Source of the DNA: Alphaproteobacteria bacterium
Lineage (GTDB): Bacteria > Pseudomonadota > Alphaproteobacteria > UBA7887
DNA: 64,000 bases
Direction: 5' to 3'
Assembly: GCA_965216755.1 (NCBI GenBank)
Contig: CBDCGL010000011.1
Coordinates: 3,040,001-3,104,000, forward strand
In this document: one piece after another, positions 60,612 through 64,000 of the stretch
How positions within the stretch are numbered: position 1 is the stretch's first letter
Layout of the letters: every line of letters begins with the position of its first letter
Notes under the pieces: model-generated
Seen by the model: the letters and a program-made list of their open reading frames with translations, nothing else
Told to the model about the DNA's origin: nothing
The model's database searches: none
Made by a program: the position numbers and the translations under genes

Positions 60612-60920
60612 TCAATTATCATAGCCGAAAAGCCAGCGCATGGTGCCGTGATGGATATTGCGCACCGAATGTACTGCGCGGCGGGGAATGAATATTTCGT
60701 CACCCGGTTCGGCCACTACCGTGTCGTCGTCCACCGTCAGCTGCAAGCGGCCATCCACGACCGTCACCAACTCGTTGGTCTGGTGAACAAAATCCAGCCA
60801 GGCCTGACCCGGCGGATCGGTGAACATGTGGCACGAGTAGCCGCGCGCGCCCCATGCATCGGCGACCGCGCTTTGGTCGACCGGCGGCGCAAACACGCTC
60901 CGCGTGAGCAGCTTTGACAT
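60612..60920 (-). CDS. Cupin domain protein
   Basis: FVHQTNELVTV..G.L, PGDEIFIP...HSVRN. Confidence 0.85.
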   Translation of the reverse strand: MSKLLTRSVFAPPVDQSAVADAWGARGYSCHMFTDPPGQAWLDFVHQTNELVTVVDGRLQLTVDDDTVVAEPGDEIFIPRRAVHSVRNIHHGTMRWLFGYDN

Positions 60921-61029
60921 ATGTGTTTCCCAGCCTTGATGGTTTGCCGCGATCATGTGCCATCATACGCGTCGTTTGGCCCGTTGGTCATCACGAGTCG
61001 CAAACCGAAGAAATCGAGGGGAAGCCGCC

Positions 61030-62622
61030 ATGGCCGTGCGCCGCTTGCGTTTTTGGGGCTGGGGATATGAAGACGAACCAATCGACGCGGCCGAGGCGGC
61101 ACGCGTCGTCCAACATGTGCAACGGCGCCTGGCCGCACCTGATCTTGAGGAAGACCCGGCGCCACGCCTAGAGGATATCGAATTGTCGGCGCCGCGCTTA
61201 TCGCCACCGGCGAGCTTGCGCGACATCTGCGACACGGCACCGATCGAACGGGTCAGCCATACCTATGGCAAATCATTCCCCGACTATGTGCGAACGCTGT
61301 CGCGCGACTTCTCGGTCGCGCCGGACGTGGTCGCCTATCCACGTCATGAAGCCGATATTGTCGACCTGCTGGCGTGGGCCAGCGACACCCATGCGGCCGT
61401 GATCCCCTTCGGCGCCGGGTCGTCGGTGGTCGGCGGCGTCGAAGCCGCCGTTGGCGACGGTTATCGCGGCGTTATCACGATTGACTTGCGCCAGCTGGAC
61501 CAGGTTCTCGAAGTCGACGAAACCTCGCGCGCGGCGCGCATTCAGGGCGGCGTGCTGGGCCCGCATATGGATGCTCAGCTCAAGCCGCATGGCTTTTCCA
61601 TGCGCCATTTCCCGCAATCCTATCAATTCTCGACCTTGGGCGGCTGGATCGCGACGCGGTCGGGTGGTCATTACGCCAGTCTGTACACCCATATTGACGA
61701 CTTCGTCGAATCGCTACGCGTGGTCACGCCGGCGGGCGTCATCGAAAGCCGGCGCCTGCCGGGATCCGGCGCCGGGCCGAGCCCAGACCGTTTCTTCATT
61801 GGCTCCGAGGGCACTTTGGGCGTTATTACCGAAGCGTGGATGCGGGTGCAGAACCGACCGACGCACAAGGCCGCGGCGTCGATGTGGTTCTATGAATATC
61901 AACAAGCGTCGCGCGCCGTCCGGGCGATTGCCCAGGCCGGGCTTTATCCATCCAATTGCCGGTTGATTGATGCCGACGAAACCGCCATGACCCTGGCCGG
62001 CGATGGCAGCCGCCACCTGTTGGTGTTGGGCTTCGAATCGGGCGACCACCCAGTCGACGCGTGGATGGCACGCGCCATCGAATGTTGCCAGGATTTCGGC
62101 GGCGTCCGCGACGACTCCGAAGCGGCCGGCCAGTCCACGGGCGCCGGCGGTTGGCGCACCGCGTTCATCCGCGCGCCTTTCTATCGCAGCCACCTGATCG
62201 CCCGCGGCATCATTCACGACACGTTCGAGACGTCGATTCCGTGGGATCATTTCCCGGAATTCCATGCCCGTGTGAAAACCGCCACGGCTCAAGCCATCCA
62301 TGACGTGACCGGACGCGACGGCACCGTGACCTGCCGCTTTACCCATGTCTATCCTGATGGTCCGGCACCCTATTTCACGTTTCATGCGGTTGGCAAAAAG
62401 GGTGCTCTTCTCGAGCAATGGCGGGACCTGAAGCAGATCGCCTCGGATATACTATTGAAAGAGGGTGGCACGATTACCCATCATCATGCGGTCGGCCGCG
62501 ACCACCGACCCTGGTATGATCAGCAAAGACCGGACTTGTTCGCCGACGCCGTCCAAGCCGCCAAAACCAAGCTTGATCCCAAGGGTGTTCTCAACCCGGG
62601 CGTTTTGATCGATCCGGCTTAA
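61030..62622 (+). CDS. FAD-linked oxidase, alkyl-DHAP synthase (AgpS)-like
   Basis: FWGWG, PFGAGSSVVGG, HFPQS..FSTLGGWIATRSGG, GSEGTLG, THHHAVG, LNPG. Confidence 0.85.
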   Translation: MAVRRLRFWGWGYEDEPIDAAEAARVVQHVQRRLAAPDLEEDPAPRLEDIELSAPRLSPPASLRDICDTAPIERVSHTYGKSFPDYVRTLSRDFSVAPDVVAYPRHEADIVDLLAWASDTHAAVIPFGAGSSVVGGVEAAVGDGYRGVITIDLRQLDQVLEVDETSRAARIQGGVLGPHMDAQLKPHGFSMRHFPQSYQFSTLGGWIATRSGGHYASLYTHIDDFVESLRVVTPAGVIESRRLPGSGAGPSPDRFFIGSEGTLGVITEAWMRVQNRPTHKAAASMWFYEYQQASRAVRAIAQAGLYPSNCRLIDADETAMTLAGDGSRHLLVLGFESGDHPVDAWMARAIECCQDFGGVRDDSEAAGQSTGAGGWRTAFIRAPFYRSHLIARGIIHDTFETSIPWDHFPEFHARVKTATAQAIHDVTGRDGTVTCRFTHVYPDGPAPYFTFHAVGKKGALLEQWRDLKQIASDILLKEGGTITHHHAVGRDHRPWYDQQRPDLFADAVQAAKTKLDPKGVLNPGVLIDPA

Positions 62623-62641
62623 CGCGAAAGGGAGATACATC

Positions 62642-63415
62642 GTGGCACAATCAGCCGTTCGCCGTTCTGCCGTCAGCACCATGAGCGATGCTGAATGGGA
62701 TACCCGCGTCGCCTTGGCCGCCACCTATCGGGTGTTCGCCGAAATGGGCATGGACGATTTGATCTACACCCACATTTCGGCGCGTCTGCCCGACGCACCG
62801 GAGCACTTCCTTCTGAACCCATTCGGCCTGATGTTTGAGGAAGTGACGGCGTCGAACTTGGTCAAGGTCGATCTGGAGGGCACACCGGTAGACCCGGATT
62901 CGGCGCCCGTCAATCGCGCCGGCTTCGTGATCCACAGTGCCTTCCACGCCGGATGCCATCGGGCCAATTGCGTGATTCATCTGCATTCGGAAGCGGGCTG
63001 CGCCGTAGCGGCGCAAAAGGATGGCTTGCTACCCTTATCGCAATATTACTTTTTCAGCGGTGGCGGCGTCGCCTATCACGCCTATGAGGGGCTGGCGCTG
63101 GACGATGATGAAAAGGCGCGGCTTGTCGACGATTTGGGTGATAAGAACTGGATGGTGCTGCGCAACCATGGCCTGTTGACTGTCGGCCACACAGTCGCCG
63201 CGGCGTTCTTCCATATGTACAATTTGGAACGCGCCTGTCGGGTCCAGGTGGCCGCCCGCGGCGGTGGCGCCGCGATCGAACTGCCGGCCAAAACGGTTCA
63301 GGAGAAGACCCAGGCCCAGCGGCCGGTCAGTCTAGACCTTGGCGAATGGGGCCAACGGGAGTTGGCGGCCTGGATGCGCAAGTTGGACCGCGCCGGCAGC
63401 GACTACCGTCAATAG
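62642..63415 (+). CDS. Class II aldolase/adducin family protein
   Basis: IYTHISAR, NPFGLMFEEVTASNL, IHSAFH, IHLHS, LRNHGLL. Confidence 0.92.
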   Translation: MAQSAVRRSAVSTMSDAEWDTRVALAATYRVFAEMGMDDLIYTHISARLPDAPEHFLLNPFGLMFEEVTASNLVKVDLEGTPVDPDSAPVNRAGFVIHSAFHAGCHRANCVIHLHSEAGCAVAAQKDGLLPLSQYYFFSGGGVAYHAYEGLALDDDEKARLVDDLGDKNWMVLRNHGLLTVGHTVAAAFFHMYNLERACRVQVAARGGGAAIELPAKTVQEKTQAQRPVSLDLGEWGQRELAAWMRKLDRAGSDYRQ

Positions 63416-63421
63416 TGAATT

Positions 63422-63505
63422 CGGTGACAGTTTACTAAATACGCCATATCTAGTGTATGCACTAGGCATACCGCAATATGTAGCGTATTTAGTAAACTGT
63501 CACCG
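63422..63505. repeat. Dispersed inverted-repeat element, copy 5
   Basis: Perfect 23-bp inverted repeat cggtgacagtttactaaatacgc / gcgtatttagtaaactgtcaccg. Confidence 0.95.
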
Positions 63506-63511
63506 TAAGCA

Positions 63512-64000
63512 TTAATGCGTCGGGACGCTCCAGCTGACGGCCAGTTGCTTGGCTGCGTTGAGTTGCGCTTCGTTGAGCTTGCGCTGGATAAAGGGCAGAT
63601 TCTCTTGCGCACGTGCATGACCCTGGGTCGCCGCTAGGGTCAGCCAGGCGTGAGCGGTGACCAGGTCGCGGCTGACTCCTTGGCCATTGTAATACATGAA
63701 GCCGAGCCGATTCTGCGCCTCGGCATAGCCTTGCGTGGCCGCGTCACGGCAATAGCCGGCGGCCTTTGCATAGTCCTTTTGCACGCCATCGCCATTGCCG
63801 TGGCGAAAACACATGACGTATTGGGCCGGCGGGTGATTCATTTGCGCGGCCGATTGATACAGCTTTAACGCGACCGCCACGTCGGCTGGGACGCCAAGGC
63901 CATTTTCGTACATCACACCAAGATTGTAAGCCGCCGCGCCACTGCCGGCGTTCGCAGCTGCTTCAAAGGCCACGCGCGCGCTTGCATAGTCGCGCTGTTT
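63512..64000 (-). CDS. Sel1-repeat protein (5' end outside window)
   Basis: YNLGVMYENGLGV, AQNRLGFMYYNGQGV..D...AHAW. Confidence 0.9.
   Translation of the reverse strand, partial: KQRDYASARVAFEAAANAGSGAAAYNLGVMYENGLGVPADVAVALKLYQSAAQMNHPPAQYVMCFRHGNGDGVQKDYAKAAGYCRDAATQGYAEAQNRLGFMYYNGQGVSRDLVTAHAWLTLAATQGHARAQENLPFIQRKLNEAQLNAAKQLAVSWSVPTH

Overview
This is a GC-rich alphaproteobacterial chromosome segment (Rhodospirillales-like gene content, inferred). Left accessory-looking block (1-19 kb): PAS hybrid kinase plus a relic paralog, ppk2, an anchor-less Sdh/Frd-like AB pair, Fe/2OG dioxygenase, LysR, Cache protein, methyltransferase, Pit, NUDIX, and an intact IS481 with a 12-bp target duplication beside tRNA-Ala. 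Core block: aroA-cmk-rpsA-sppA-ihfB-lapA-pyrF-trpFBA-accD, tRNA-Arg, panC, ccoNOQP-ccoGHIS, ggt, msrP, hsp20, chvIG. Right block: a GntR-led 2-hydroxyisobutyrate operon (hcmB-hcl-meaH-hcmA), a tandem gamma-carbonic-anhydrase-like gene, and others. The strongest unexplained signal is a family of five dispersed 84-85 bp intergenic elements. Each has 21-bp terminal inverted arms (CGGTGACAGTTTACTAAATAC...GTATTTAGTAAACTGTCACCG) around a divergent AT-rich interior that nonetheless keeps two NrdR-box-like 16-mers 30-31 bp apart. Four of the five lie between convergent gene ends. A second highlight is the two-domain gamma-CA, whose Zn ligands are split complementarily between its domains. All calls come from reading motifs by eye; no searches were run.
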